Of a stretch of 64,000 nt of DNA, positions 1-49,882 are shown piece by piece (position 1 is the stretch's first letter; each line of letters starts with the position of its first letter). The stretch is from the NCBI GenBank assembly GCA_963693365.1, contig CAVNZM010000004.1, positions 6,450,564 through 6,514,563 on the forward strand, given 5' to 3'. The notes under the pieces are model-generated. The model worked only from the letters and a program-made list of their open reading frames with translations, searched no databases and was not told where the DNA came from. Made by a program: the position numbers and the translations under genes. The DNA comes from Amoebidium appalachense. Its lineage: Eukaryota; Protista; Ichthyosporea.

Positions 1-1170
1 GCAGTTTTCCAATCAATAAAGCCAACATATTGTGCACCAACTTGCATAGAATCGTGCAGTGCCATTATTTGAACATAACATGAATTGTTTTTACGAAAAG
101 CGGATTGGCATGGGTGTATGTGAAGAATAGATTGAAACCTAGGGTGGTGTGCAAATAACCTAAGTAAGCAAGCTTCAAAGAATCTACGAACAACCTGGGT
201 TAGTGTAATGGGGCGAAAGGATGATATGGGGCCCTCAGAGTCCTTCTTAACTATGGGGATCACTAAGGTATCTAACCAAGATGACGGGACATGTCCACAT
301 TTAACACACCAAGAAAAGAGAGAGCTTAACATGATAGTAAGATCAGGTTTAATAGCACGATCACTTTCCTTTTGTGGGTAGGAGGGAACAAGGATTTTAA
401 GAAACCCAGCAGGGAGTCCATCAGGTCCACAAGACTTACTAGAGCTATAACTAGATATCACAGACCATATGGCATCGGGGCTGAAAAAGGGGAGGATCGA
501 TTCTATGGGGATAGATGGGTCTACAGGCCACACAATAGGTTTCTGAGCGGGGGTCCTATCTTTAAACAGTTCCGAGAAATACTTATCAGAGTCTATGAGG
601 GGGTCTCCAGTGGTATCACCAATAATACGAGCAGGGGGGCCAAATCGATTCATACTAGCAAGCCGGCGCAAGCTTTCCTTTTGAGACAGGGGTTCACCTA
701 GTCTAGCGGGAGTGGTGTTTGGTAACAAGAGAGCATCGGGATATTCCTTCCTACCACCGCCAGCATAATCACCGAGATCTATCAAATCATCAACAATAAA
801 GTTAGTGCATGTATCTAGTACGAGATGTGAATCTGGCCTGGCTTGTGCAGATTCTAATAGGCGCATATATATAGGGTGTTTCGTAGCATAGCATACACAT
901 ACATCAACTCTACCCCACTGTGACTTAAGCTGGGATAGACGGAGGCGAAAGGTGGGAGGAGGAGGGGGGGAGCAGATCAAGGGAGATCTTAGGTAGGAAA
1001 AGGATAGGAGAGTGGTCAGATGACCTAGAGAGGTTAGGAGGGAGAGAGAGTTTTGACATGGTTGATGGCCAAAAGGCCACTCCCCAGTCGGTGTTGTGGG
1101 CATGGGATATTTGAGGGAACCGCAAAGTGTGACTTTGGACATACCTTGCTAAAGGGATAGCACGCAAGGT
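1..1170 (-). mobile_element. Non-LTR (LINE) retrotransposon ORF2 fragment: end of APE endonuclease, linker and N-terminal RT; continues off the left edge
   Basis: A minus-strand frame is open from about 1050 to 1 (absent from the ORF track because it has no stop in the window). It reads KSCGPDGLPAGFLK...SSWLDTLVIPIVKK...SSFRPITLTQVVRRFFE...CQSAFRKNNSC...VGFIDWKTA, typical early non-LTR RT motifs. The APE C-terminal motif (DWGV...SDHSPI) lies in a neighbouring frame (ORF 925-1167), implying a frameshift near the C-run at about 960-990. Confidence 0.88.
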
Positions 1171-2085
1171 ATGTCCAAAGTCACACTCTTACTAATTATA
1201 GTTGTGGGCCAATCTCTCAAACACTATCTGGTGTTTGATTGGCTAATGACGCACCGGCGCAAGTCTGGGGGGAACAACTGTTTCTTGTACTTTACCTATT
1301 TTTTTTTGTGTGTCCTGTACCTCGGTTCGGACAGGCAGGAAAAGCCTGACTAATAACAAGATCCTTGGGTGCACAACAGGTAAGGCTTGCTGACCGCATC
1401 ATGTGCCCCGGGTCTGCCTACACGTGCTGTAAACAGTGACACCTTTCTTCCGACCACGTCGGTTGAAGCCATGGAAAGCATATGAGATCCCGGGTACAAC
1501 CATGGTTGCACACCTAGAGATCACGTAATGTTTGCTGAAGGCGTGTGTGCGGCCTGCCTACACCTGTTGTGAGCAGGAACACATTTCTTCAGACCGGAAA
1601 CGGCCCTGGCCGTCTTAATCCATGTGCATCAGTGCGTCTTCATTTCCCAATTTAATATAAGACGCCTTGTGCCTCGCACCCATGAAAGTCTACGTGTACC
1701 GGTGCGCCATTTCGTAGACCCCGCAATGGCATTGCAGTACGCCACACAACTTTACGTCGGTTTAGTGTGTACCCTCTAGAGATCTGTGCCCTTGCATCGT
1801 ATCAACTGTATTGTGTCAGACTTTAGATCTGCACATTGTGCATGTGATCGGTCACCGCGCCAGGCCATTGTTAGGTGTGTGCACATCTGTGCATCAGGTG
1901 CTCATCTGCAGTCAACTGGTGTCCCAGTGTATGCTTACGTGCATACATGGATATGGAATTTCGCGTGTGTACAGTCAACTGTGTTATAGGCTGTGTGATG
2001 GTGCTGACGTCGACATCGTGCCCGGCATGCGCAGCCTGTTGCCCGGCTCAAGCGGAGAAAGGCCCCCGCCGGGGGGGGAGACTCT

Positions 2086-2119
<34 letters not shown>

Positions 2120-2603
2120 GGCAACAGCCTTGAAGGGCCCAGGATAGATATCTGAGACTGTTCGAACTAAGGGTGGCCACTGTAACATTAACAGGAGGAA
2201 CCCGGATACATTTATTATTGGCTGACGTTTCATACGAGACACCAAAAGAAGAATGAAGCTGATCAACGAAGGAAGTACGTACATGTGCCTGTGTGTGTGT
2301 GGTGCAGTGTGTGGAACAGGTGTGTGTGGGTATACGTATGTGTGTGTGTGTGTTTGTGCACGTGTGGGGAGCTAGGGGAGGGGGGGGGGGGGGGGGGGAG
2401 GGGGGGGGGGGGGAATGATTGGGGGGGGGGGGGGATGGGGGGGACTCTGAGGGGACCCGGGGGAAGAGGAGAAGGGGTGGTGCAGGGGCTTAGTACTAGC
2501 TATGCTGGGGTTTTCAGGCGCTGCCCCTCCTCCGCCCCTCCCCCCCCCCCCCCCCCCCCCCCTCCCACCCCCCCCCTTCCCGGTGTCCCAACCCTACACA
2601 CGA

Positions 2604-2635
<32 letters not shown>

Positions 2636-3363
2636 GCACGCACACACGCACTGTGACATGTCACTCCCTCCGTTGACCAGCGGGTTTACATGTAGCAACC
2701 CATTTATTTATGTGATTGCAAATACACTGCAGCAGGGAATACCATCGTGGCACCTCCCCAGGCCTACAGGCGACACTTGACAAATATAGGTTCGAATTTC
2801 TCGGATTGTCATCAACCGGTACAACCGGCTACGCCTCAAATTAAAGCTTTCTGAAACCCCTTTGCTGAGTACCCTAGATCGAGAGTTTACGGTAATGCTC
2901 CAGCGTAGTATGTAGCATCGCCATTGTAGGGATGCCGTGCCTTGTTAACAACAGTGACTATGCTTAGTGATATGGCATGTAAATCCAACTAGACATACGT
3001 TTCATAGCTACATACACTTCAATCAACACATGTATGTACTTGTGATTATCACATCATGCTCTTCCGAATGCGAGTTTACATGCATCTCAGTTTACGGACT
3101 ATACCTTGCCCTCACCACTCAGAAGTTCACTTGTTATTATTGATGCTGTCGAGGAAAAGAATTAACCCCCGAGGGGCCAAATAAAGAGAAAATAAGAGGG
3201 GAAAAAAGGAGAGAGAAAGAAAGAAAATAGTTTGGCCACAGAAAGAGCAGCTAGAAACATGTGCACGATTAAGAGGCATGAAGTATTTCACATTCTTATG
3301 TATCAACAACAATTCAACCTGGTTCCATAGTATTACCACAATACCTAATTTAGGTTTCTTCAT

Positions 3364-18129
<14,766 letters not shown>

Positions 18130-18557
18130 ATCAGTCAGATAGGTGGCACCTGTGTGTCACTGTGTACGTGTGGATGGGGAAGGGGAGGGGGGGGGGGGGG
18201 GAGGCGCCGGGGGGGGGGGGGGGGGCGGGGAGGGGGGGGGGAGGGGGAGGGCTAGAATACATGGGTGAACATAAGTGCAAATCCTCAACGAATAACAGCT
18301 GCGTCTCACTGTTGTTGTGGATGGTTAATTAGGGTTTCTGTGTGTGTGAAGGGGGGCCAGAGGTCGGGGGAGAAGAAAGGGGGGATGCATGATATGTGCA
18401 TCTGTTTAAGGAAGGGAACGGGGGGGGGGGGGAGGGGGGGAGGGGGGAGGGGGGGGGCAGAACGAGATGTAATTCACGGTCCTGAGTGCAGAGGTGCTTG
18501 ATTGGCGTTGGACTATGATACACAAACGGGTGGTTTGGGAGGAAGGGGGGGGGGGGG

Positions 18558-18591
<34 letters not shown>

Positions 18592-18615
18592 GGGGGGGGG
18601 GAGGGGGGGGGGGGG

Positions 18616-18934
<319 letters not shown>

Positions 18935-20156
18935 GTCCATTTCTGCAGTAGGCATAGAGGGGGTAGGGAGAGACATGTACGGGGGCAAGCATCGAGAAAA
19001 AGGAGAAGGTTTTAATATTGTTGAGGATTAAGTTGTGATGTTGGCAGGCAAACGTGAACTCGGAAAGTGGGCTTACACTATTGCATCGGTGGCTTCAGCG
19101 GTGAGGCGGAACAACAGCTGTTCTTTGGCTCTGTTCGTGTTGCCTGCTTTTCCTACCCACTACCGTCCTAGGCCGTCCTTTCCAGTTTCCTCACCGCCAA
19201 TCCCTCCTCCTTCTCTAACTGCCTATTATTTTTCTGTGCACATTATAACCGTGAATTCGTGTTCATTCTTCCAACCCAAGGCTCAAGGCTTCAAGGCTTT
19301 TACATGCATGCGGTCACGCGTGCACCTGGTGCGCCGCCGTCGCCGCGGGAAAGCGATGCAATTTTGGCCAATCACATTAGAATATAAAAACTCGCCTTTT
19401 ATGGCTATCAATAAAAAGGGCAAAGTTTATGGGGATTTGTGTGGCAGTAGCTATAGGGCGGCCGGCGCCGCACACCACGTCAGAGGGCCACGGCCCTCTG
19501 AAAAAAAGGCGCACACACACGTACACACACACGTGTACACACACGCACACCACCCCACCCATGGCCATTCCCCCTTCCCTGCCTCCCCTCCCCCCCACCC
19601 CGCCCTCCCTCCCCCCGGCATGTCACACGTGGGCCTCATGAAACCAAGGAGCCAAGGCCAGGGCTCCGTGCTGTTCAGTCACCCAGCGGATCCGACCCAG
19701 AATTAAACTAGATGTAGTGAGCTTGCTTTTTTTTGTTTTGTGTTTCCCGCGGCCTCCCATGCATGGACGAATGGGAATCTCCATTAAGCATATGCATGGA
19801 CCGGCGGAACACCAGAACTGAGGCTGGCTGCTCGGAAGATTGACAAAGAAACATATAATATATTGGGATTCAACACCGTTGCATGCGCATGAAAAGGCGA
19901 AGGGGGACGGCAAAGGAAACAACTCATCCAGCCATTTTTATTGTGCACACGAGCGAACATCGATCCCTCTGTTCATGCCCTTCCTTATGTCATTGATCAC
20001 ACTATCAGTAATCTAAATAAAATCTGACTAAAACCTACAATTAGTGGAAACTACTGAAAGTAATTTAGGTGCGCCATGTACGTCCGGCCCTTTACAATCT
20101 ATATCACATCACTAACTAATATTAACAGACAATTATCATGATCAGCATATTAACAG

Positions 20157-22242
<2,086 letters not shown>

Positions 22243-23015
22243 ATTGCTGCTTGCTCGAGAAATTTCCCTCTCTACACGCGTGAGCGTCGAAACACCAGCG
22301 TTTTGCGAATCCGAAACGTTGAACTCCGGGACAGCGGGGAAAAATCAGTGACGCCTTTTTGCTGTGGTCGACCAATCCGATGCGTGAGCCGTTTCAACCA
22401 AACCTTCAGGTGTGGGGTGTAAACATATATTCAAGTTCCCAGAAAACGTGTAAAGCAACAAAAGATACAACAGGAATATGTATTTGCATTTTGATCCAAT
22501 AATATTAAAAACTATATTCTTATAAGGTTTTCTTGTGCTTTGTTGCTCTATTTACATATTAAATACGTATCAAATTATGCTCTTAATAATTTTTAGGATT
22601 GCTGTTTACGCCCCACGGGAAGCGTGTGTGTACACGTGTGGGGAAAAGTGAGCCTTGTGGCTCATCCGAATGCATCCAATCAGACGACGTGAGATCTAGG
22701 GGGACTGTCTGACGGCATTGACATCATGCTTTTAGTTCAAAAAGTGTAAACTCTATTAATGTTGAATTCGGATCAATTTCTGAACCATAATGGTTATTAT
22801 GACGTCAGACCTTACAGACTAAACCCACGATCTTGCCCGCCACAAGGACGGCGTTTGGGAAAGTTGTGCATGCTGCGCATGTGAGTGTTGTGGTTGAGCC
22901 TACTTGAATACAGCTAAGCTGGTGAAGTATCTAATATATCAGGCTCGCTTTTGGCAGCAGAGTAGGGATTTATTGGAGCTTAAAACACAGTGAATTGCCC
23001 TAGGGTTGAGGAAAA
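22243..23015. promoter_or_regulatory. Putative bidirectional promoter between the two aminotransferase paralogs
   Basis: 773 bp between divergent ATGs, free of microsatellites, with an AT-rich core. CCAAT at about 22372 and 22676, CACGTG at about 22633, TGACGTCA at 22800-22807. Motif function is inferred. Confidence 0.55.
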
Positions 23016-24670
23016 ATGGTGACCGCAACAGAAAGTGAGGCCCAGGCAGCCTCCAGCATACCGCGTTTGAGCGGCGCTGAGGTAAGGCCATTGGATCCAT
23101 CATGAGCGTAAGCACATATGTGGATCTGTGTGTGGACATGGGGGGGGAAAGGGCATAGGACAAGAAAACCGCACTCTGCAGCTATTGCTTGCTCACTGGC
23201 TGTAAACGACCTGAACTACCTTGGATGGCAAACCTAGAGTTGGCCGTTTGGTGCAAATGCATAAAACTTTGCATGGTCGGACCTATAATTGGAGACATGA
23301 ACAGGCATGCTCCTACACGAACACAAAACAGAGAATACATGCATATTTAAGTACGTAGAGGTCAGATAAACGAACGTCTTGCTCACCTCCGCATCTTTAC
23401 CTACACCGGCGCCCCAACCAAACCAACAACCTGTGCTTACGGTGGATTCATCCGTGCCCCTTTCCCGCACACCAATACCGCATAGCTTTGGTATACACAC
23501 AGAGAGAAATGCACACGCCTCAAGTATATTTGAGCGCAGGCACTATTTTGAAAAATGCCTCACCATATAGGTCACCATATATCACTCCCCTTGCTGCACG
23601 GTTTTCAACAAGTTTATTTACGTTTTTTGTTGTTTAGGGAGGGGAAAGGGGGGACAAGGTTTTGGGGGCGGGGGAAGGGGGGGGGGGGGGAGGAGGGGAG
23701 GGGAGTGGGGGGGGGGGGGGGGGGGGAGTGGGCGGGGGGGCTGGGGAGGGAGGGGGGGGGGGGGGGGGGGGGGGGGGTACGGGCTTCAACAAGTCGTTTA
23801 TGTTTTTTGTTGTTTGGGGGAGGGGGGGGGCTGGGGAGGGGGGCTTACTGCTGACTATGGTTCTCCTTTTTGTCCCTTTACCTTCACCCGCTCTCCTCAC
23901 CCTCCAACCCCCCCACCCCCCCCCCACCTTTCCTTTTCTTTATATTTATTTTTATTCTTATTTTTCCGGTCGGGGGGAGGGGGGGGGGGGGGGGGGGGGG
24001 GGGACCGTACCGGCACGTCTTATGTTGGTTTCTTATCCCTCTTTGCTTTCTCAACCCACTCGTCATCAACGTCATGAGCTCTTGGGCGACAAAATCCCCC
24101 CCCCCCCCCCGACCCACCCAAGTTCAGTTGATGCTGCTGTCTGAGTTGGAGCGTCGTATATACGCGGGCTAAGGAGTCGAAACTCGGACGCAATTGATGA
24201 CTTGGGCCCTCCCTGAGGATGGGCTCTGCTTATGACGCATACTGTGCGCATGGCTGATGTTGCATACTTGAATGTTTGCCTTTGTATGTGTCCTGCACCA
24301 TGCTTCTCATCGTGTATGCGTACTTCGTACTGTGTTCCGCATTCAAACCCCCCCCCCCCTTGAGGTTGGACTCTGTATATGGTGCACATTAGTTCGTGTA
24401 GGTTCTGCAGAATTTGCATGGTGGTTTCTGTCGTGAATGTGCATTTGTAGTCTGTAACACATCCCCCCCCCCCCCCCCCCCCCCCGAGCCCCCACCCATC
24501 CACCCACCCGTTTCCTCCTCTTTCGTCTATTCTAACCAATCACTCGCCAAAACATGCGAACATAAAAGGCACAAAACTGATGAATACCGGGCATTCCTTA
24601 GCGTTAACTGCAGTGGTGTTGTTTAGCCCCCCTCCCCCCGCCCCCTCCCCCCCCCCCCCCTCTCCCCCCC

Positions 24671-24702
<32 letters not shown>

Positions 24703-26064
24703 GCTTTACCACAAGCTTCCACATCACAATCAAGCGCCATGTAAGAGTCTAATGAGAAACATAGATCTCATATTTGAAGAGATTTCAAGGAGACTGTAAG
24801 GGGGAGGGGGCAAGGGAGAGGGGAGGGAGAAAGAGGGGAGGGGGGAGGGGGGGGGGAGGGGGGGGGGGGGGGAGAACAATCATGCTTGAAGGGCACTCCT
24901 TTGCCATTCTAGAAGTATCGTGTATTTATTATTAGCTCTATTTATATACCTCCCCTTGAGTACGTGAACAGAGATAGTAGCATATATATGCACCCAACAC
25001 CTACTGTGTATGTTAGTATGTAGTGATTACACGTCTCACCCGATAACACCATGTGCACCCAAGACAATAATCCCCCCCCCCCCCCCCCCCCCCCCCCCAA
25101 CCACCCCCACCCACCACCACCACCACCCCCACCTCCACCCCCACCCCAGGCTGCAGCCGCTGTGGTCCCCCCTGAGGATGAGCTCTATAATGACTCTTTG
25201 TGTGTACTTCCCCCTGCCGACCTCGCATTGTGTTGTCCGTTGTGATTGTACTTCATACTCTGTGCCCATTCTTACCACCACCCCCTCCCCTCCCCTCCCC
25301 TCCTTTCTCCTCTTCCTCCCCCCTCTCCCCCTCTTCGTCCGCCTCTCCATTCCTTCCCCCCCCTCCCCCCCCCAACCCACACCACCACCACCCCTTACTC
25401 CCAACCCCCACCCCAAACCCCTTTCCTTCCCCCCCTCCCCCCCCCCCCCTCCCTCCTCACCTCGTCACAGGCATTTGAGCGCTTGCAAAAGACCGCCGCC
25501 CAACACCTCAGCACGCCACCTCGCGCATTCTTCAGCACGGTGCTGGGTGGAATAACCATCGATCTGGGTGCCATGGTTGTCCCCCTAGATGACCACTTGG
25601 TGCACCGGGGCCACAGCGTGTTCGACACTTGCCTGGTTTATAATTACCGCGCATACCAATTGGACCCCCACCTAGACCGCCTGCTAGTTTCAGCGAAAAA
25701 GGCCGGAATTAACTGCACCATAAGCAGGGAGCAGCTCAGGCAATACATTTTGGCTGTCGCCGCAGCCGCCGGGCAGAAAAACTCGTTCATAAGATACTGG
25801 CTGTCTGTCGGTAGGGGTGGTTTCGGTGTGGCCCCGTCAGAGTGTAAGGCTGGGGGGAGCCAGTTTTACTGTGTGGCGCATGATGTTGTGTTGGATAACA
25901 CGGAGAAGTATTCGAAGGGTACGTCGGTGAAGACTACCACCGTGCCCATCAAGCCCGGAATGTTTGCCACGGTCAAGTCTACAAACTATCTGCCCAATGC
26001 TATGATGACCGGCGAGGCAGAGGACAATGGCGCTGCACAGGCGAGTGCACCTCCCCCCACCACA

Positions 26065-26098
<34 letters not shown>

Positions 26099-26718
26099 AT
26101 GTGCAGTGTGCACGCTCTTAACACCCACACACAGGCACAGGCACATACGTACGCACGTACGCACGTACCTGTAAACTCTCTCACATCCATGCACACATGT
26201 ATCCTTGCCATCCATTACAGTGCACATATGAGAAGAAGCAAGAATAGATGCCTAGAACCATTTACGACACAACTGTGGTATCCCTACCCGTCTTCCCCCC
26301 CCCCTCCCCCCCCCCCTCCCCAGCTTCCCCTTTCTCCCACCAACTAACTTCTTACCGTCCCCCTTCTCTTTTGGTGCTTGCTTCTCCATGGGTAGCATGG
26401 GTTAATTGGTGCTCGTTCTCCCCCCTCCCTCTCCCCCCCCCCTTCCCCCCAACCCCCAACCCCTCCCCTCCCCAGGCACACACACACTCTCCAAATTTAA
26501 TCCTACCTCCCTGATTGGCTTCTCGTGTCTTCTTACTGAGCACCTACATAGCAAAGGCACACCAAGAGTGCATCGTAAGCCTTCTAGGAGGTAGGGACAC
26601 ATGTATAACGGCATCTGACATATACTGCACCTCCTGTATACAGAACAAACGCATACATTGGACACACACAGACACAGTCTGAGACACACACACACGAACA
26701 CACACATACACACACACG

Positions 26719-26753
<35 letters not shown>

Positions 26754-27149
26754 TTACAGGGCATCTGGATTGACGAGCGCGGGATGGTAGCCGAGAGCGC
26801 CGTAGCCAACGTTGCCTTTGTGATCGAAGACGGTGTCCTTACGGTCCCCAAATTCGACAAAACCCTTGCCGGGGTAACTGTCAGGCGTGTTCTGGAGCTT
26901 GCGGTGAGCAAAAACGTAGTCAAGAGGGTGGAGCAGAGGGACATAACGGTGGAGGAGGCAAAGGGGGCAAAAGAGGCCATGTTGATTGGCAGCACAACGA
27001 GCGGGTTGGCGATTGTCGAATGGGATGGAAAGCCCGTGGGGGATGGGAAACCTGGGCCTGTGGCGCATGGGATTAGGGGGTTGTTGGTGCAGGATAGGAT
27101 TGATGGGGAGGGACAGATCACGGAGATTCCAGGTCTGACCCCTGCGTGA
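23016..27149 (+). CDS. Plant-type D-amino acid transaminase / ADC lyase-like, paralog 2 (341 aa)
   Basis: Exons 23016-23081 (MVTATESEAQAASSIPRLSGAE), 25471-26040, 26760-27149. Same intron positions as paralog 1; intron 2 is GC-AG. Confidence 0.92.
24111..24350 (+). mobile_element. Subfamily A, 5'-truncated copy between two C-runs
   Basis: Reverse complement of 6909-7145 with few substitutions. Confidence 0.82.
25165..25275 (+). mobile_element. Subfamily D, 5'-truncated copy
   Basis: CCCCCCTGAGGATGAGCTCT...TGTACTTCATACTCTGTGCCCATTCTTACC has the same blocks as subfamilies A/B. Confidence 0.62.
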
Positions 27150-28313
27150 TGGCGTGTTTCTGCAGAGAGTGTGATTGCACACACCTAACTTAAAGCTCTT
27201 ATGTTTCTTTGTCTGTATAGGTTTCTGGATCTCGATTTCAAACTATGTTTTAAATGTGTGTGGGTGCTAGTAGGTGGGTGAAAGTATGCGGTGTGGTTGT
27301 GCCTGCCGTACTTGCGGGTCTTGGTACTTCTGCCTCGGTTAGCCTCTCTATCTCTTTTCGTGGATAGTTGGCAAAGTTTTTCTGATGATCCTACAATAGC
27401 ACATCTAGATCTTGATCGTGTCCCTCACCTTCTTTGTGTTAACACCATGTTGTAATGTACCAATCCAGCCAAGTATTTATATCTATTTTTTTTTAAAACT
27501 TTGAAATTGAAAATAAACCAGTTTGTTTCATGCTTGTGCTGACGTTATTCAATACCAGCTGCAACTATATTATGTGCACTAAACAAGGTGATGTGTATCC
27601 CTACCTAAGAATTTCGAATGGGCAACAGTTGTGTGGTATCCAAAAAATTCCATGTGACCTGCCTAATGGCCCGTCAACGTGTAGCTACCTATATTCATTT
27701 CAGGGGATGTCTCCTCCATGTTTGTAGTTCAAGAGGCTCATGTTTGCGGCAATATATGCATGCCAGCCCATGCTGTCTGATAGCTGGCCACATCTGGGCA
27801 GCAGCAGGAGATTATCCCATCAGCCTATAATATGACGTTCGAATCAGCTGGAGTTGCTGGAAACATCCGGTAGAAACTGCTGCGTGCACTGCACTGTTCT
27901 TAGCTCCCCTCGATCTCCCCCCCCCCCCCCCCCCCCCCCCCCTCCCCCCACCCCCTCCCCCCACCCCACCCCCTCCCCCCCGGTCCCTCCCTCTCGAGCT
28001 GCCCTTCCTCCTCACGTCCCACCCCACCCCACGGTGGTACGCCTCCCTTGGTGGTTGGTTATGACCGGGATGTCCCTTGCAGTGCCGTTGCCTCATATCG
28101 ATGCACGCGGTTCAAATTGTTAAAAAATGCAGATGGTGTACTACGGGCATTAGTAGATATTTGCTACAGTCGATAACACTGGTTGCGAAATTTCTTTTAA
28201 TATTTGCATCGTACCGGTACCATGGCGCGGTAAGAAGTAAAACATGCATACATGTGTGTGCCAGCCCGGCATTCAAATACAAGCTTTGCAATCATTATCG
28301 TGATGGAGGAGAA

Positions 28314-28352
<39 letters not shown>

Positions 28353-29250
28353 GCCGGGGAGGATCGGGGGAGGGAAGGAGGGACGGAGACTAGCTACATA
28401 GATAGAGTGGGGGAATGTGCCAAACGGTGCTCACCAACCAGACCGCTTCTTACCAAATATAGCAGCCATGCACCCGCCAAGGCCATCTATTTTTTACAGG
28501 TGTGCAATTTAGGAAGCCTCGTCGCAGGCACACAGAGTTATAAATGTAAGTTCTATGGCAGTTTGCACTACCGACGCATATAGGTAGATTTTAGGTAGAT
28601 TTTATTTGAAATTCAAAGACCGACGGGGATTCAGGCGCCGGGCCCAGCCCAGCCACTTTCTAAATGCTACTGCTTGCAACAATGTCTGAACACGTGCCGA
28701 CTACTTTCAAAACAGCTATTTCGGGTAAAACGGTACTTGGAAAACGGTGCACCCACGTGCCTGCACATGGGATCTTGTATCATGTATCATCGCTCAACGT
28801 CTAATGGGGAAGAAACATCGATCGGACTAATATGTATACATGTTGTCATCTAAAGCACATGCACCAACTTGAGGTGCCAAACATGGGGGGAACATGACAC
28901 GTACTATATATGCTGATGCGTGCCACGGATTAATAAACACAGCGTGCATCAAAAGATAAACACACTTCGAGTAAGAACCACAAGAAAAGAAAATGGAAAA
29001 AACCACGTGACGAGAAAAGGGTATAAAAAACAGACACTTGCAGTCTTGCGCAGCTTCAGACTCTGAGTTCGTTTTTCCACACAACCACCCATCCTCCAAT
29101 ATTTTTTACACCTAATATAATATAGCACATATAATACACACTCCACCAATATTCAGTGAGTAACAATACTAACATTCGAGCGTTAAGATGAACTAAAACA
29201 CACATTTCCCCACCCCAAAAGCCTCAACATAGGGCCAATCATTCGTGCAA

Positions 29251-33156
<3,906 letters not shown>

Positions 33157-34586
33157 TTTTTTATCTTTGTAGATAAACCAGAGGAATTGATTGAAGGGGG
33201 TTTCATCAAGGTAATGTTGGGTGTTAAGGGCTACTTGTGATGGGCAAGCGGAAGGCAAAGGAGACGCAGCTCTGTCTGTCGCAAGATGCAAACCCGGGGG
33301 TTGAAATAAAATCCTTAGAGCTCACTTTGTAAAGGATGGAAACGTGAATTTTCCGCGCTTCAACAAAAGCTTTTACAATAATTCTCAAACCTCAAACGTC
33401 CGTCTCTGTCATGGTCGGTGTACAAGCAAACGGTGCGCAGCTGTTGCCATGGATGATCAAAGAGCGACACCTTCAAGACGACGAAACGAATGAAAGGCGT
33501 GTGGATTAAGAACTTGAAAACAAAGCCAACGTCAAAAAAAAAAAAAAAACAATCCCAAACGCAACAGGTCGACCAACCTAGATAGTTTCCCTTGGAAATT
33601 AGAACAACAAAACACCACCTCCTTACTCGACATGTATATACATACAGAAACCAAGTGTGCCGGGTTTGAGGCTTACGCACAGCGGTCTTGATTGACGGTG
33701 GCAAAAAAGGAAAGCCGATGCCTATTGGCTACCAGAAAACATACCACAGTAGCATCAACCAGATCCACTGCTAAAATTTTGCCAAATAATAACGTTTTTG
33801 TATAAAATAATAAGTTTTGGGCTATTTGAGGATTGTTAAATAAAGCCCGTTATTTGTACCTAGTTTTATTTATCAGTTAGTTAAACGTTCACGGACTTCA
33901 ACTTTCAGGTAATTTTTTCTGCTGCTCGAAACCTATTGGTTTACTATCATGCATGCTCAAAGGGGGTCATTTAACGACGTCACGTGAAGGATTTCAGCAA
34001 CTTATAGTATGTCCAGCCTCTACAGGCGCAACAAAATTATTAAAATTGCTTGATTATTTACCAAATATCATTTAAAATTATATATATATATATATTGCCC
34101 TTTAATATTAATAGAGAAGCAATTTTGATGGTTGTTGTAACCTGAAATCAACAAAATGGGCGATGGTTAACGTCAAAATTCGGTGATTACGTTTGTCGTA
34201 TGATTCGAGCTCATTGTTTCAGTCAGCCAATCACAAACTCGAAGATAAGAGCGATGTAAACTCTTTCTTATGCAAGGTGATGCCGTTCGAGCCAATCGTT
34301 TGCTTGTGCACTGAGCCACCGTTGACTCATCCGGCAGTTTCCGCCTTCTGACTCAGTGCTGAGTCTGCACTCTGCAGCATGCTGGCCTGCCAGATTTGAC
34401 GCGTGGGGCTGCAGGATTGTTGCAGGCGCTGTAGATCTGGGCTTTAGGTATACGGACATGGGATGGCACGGGGCTTACGAAAAATGATCAACGAGAGAGA
34501 GTTTGAGGCTCGCAAAAATCATTCTCTCTTTGATACATTCTCTTTCTGCACACAACTGTTTTTGAATTCTCGGGTTTTTAGCCAAC
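33157..34586. promoter_or_regulatory. Putative divergent promoter region shared by INSIG and the Atg17-like gene
   Basis: 1.43 kb AT-rich gap without long G/C runs. GTCACGTGA at 33979-33987; ATTGG at 33724 and 33935; CCAAT at 34227 and 34292. Confidence 0.5.
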
Positions 34587-49384
<14,798 letters not shown>

Positions 49385-49627
49385 GCAGAGTGGGGATGTA
49401 ATTGGGCAAAGTTGCTCTCACTGGCAGGCAGGAGATCGGCAAGGTAGGATATTGTTTTAGGCAGACCGAGGGCGACTTTTTTTCTGAATAAATAATCATT
49501 GCATTCTTGTTCCTTAGCCTGGTGTTTGGGTCACGGTGCATTATAAGCACACACCCACACACACGCACACACACGTGCACAAAGCTTTACACCACACACA
49601 CACACGGTGTCACACATGCACACACAT

Positions 49628-49696
<69 letters not shown>

Positions 49697-49697
<1 letters not shown>

Positions 49698-49809
49698 CTT
49701 AGCTGAGCACATAGATAGCACCGGATCCCTAAGTAGTGTACTGTCGTTGCTATGTGGTAGACGGTATTCCCTTGAGGGCCTGCAAAGGTTCTCCGGGAAC
49801 AAAACGTGA

Positions 49810-49882
<73 letters not shown>

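Noticed and set aside
372-701. 109-aa plus-strand ORF
   Set aside because: It is the antisense shadow of the LINE ORF2 frame.
1380-2290. Possible small exons and a degenerate ~45-bp direct repeat next to the LINE fragment
   Set aside because: I could not assemble a phase-consistent gene or recognise a motif.
24111-24220. Intronic box C/D snoRNA (TGATGA and CTGA motifs, sense orientation)
   Set aside because: Box C is not conserved between subfamilies, and most copies are 5'-truncated with a shared distal 3' tail, unlike snoRNA genes. Not fully excluded without an Rfam search.
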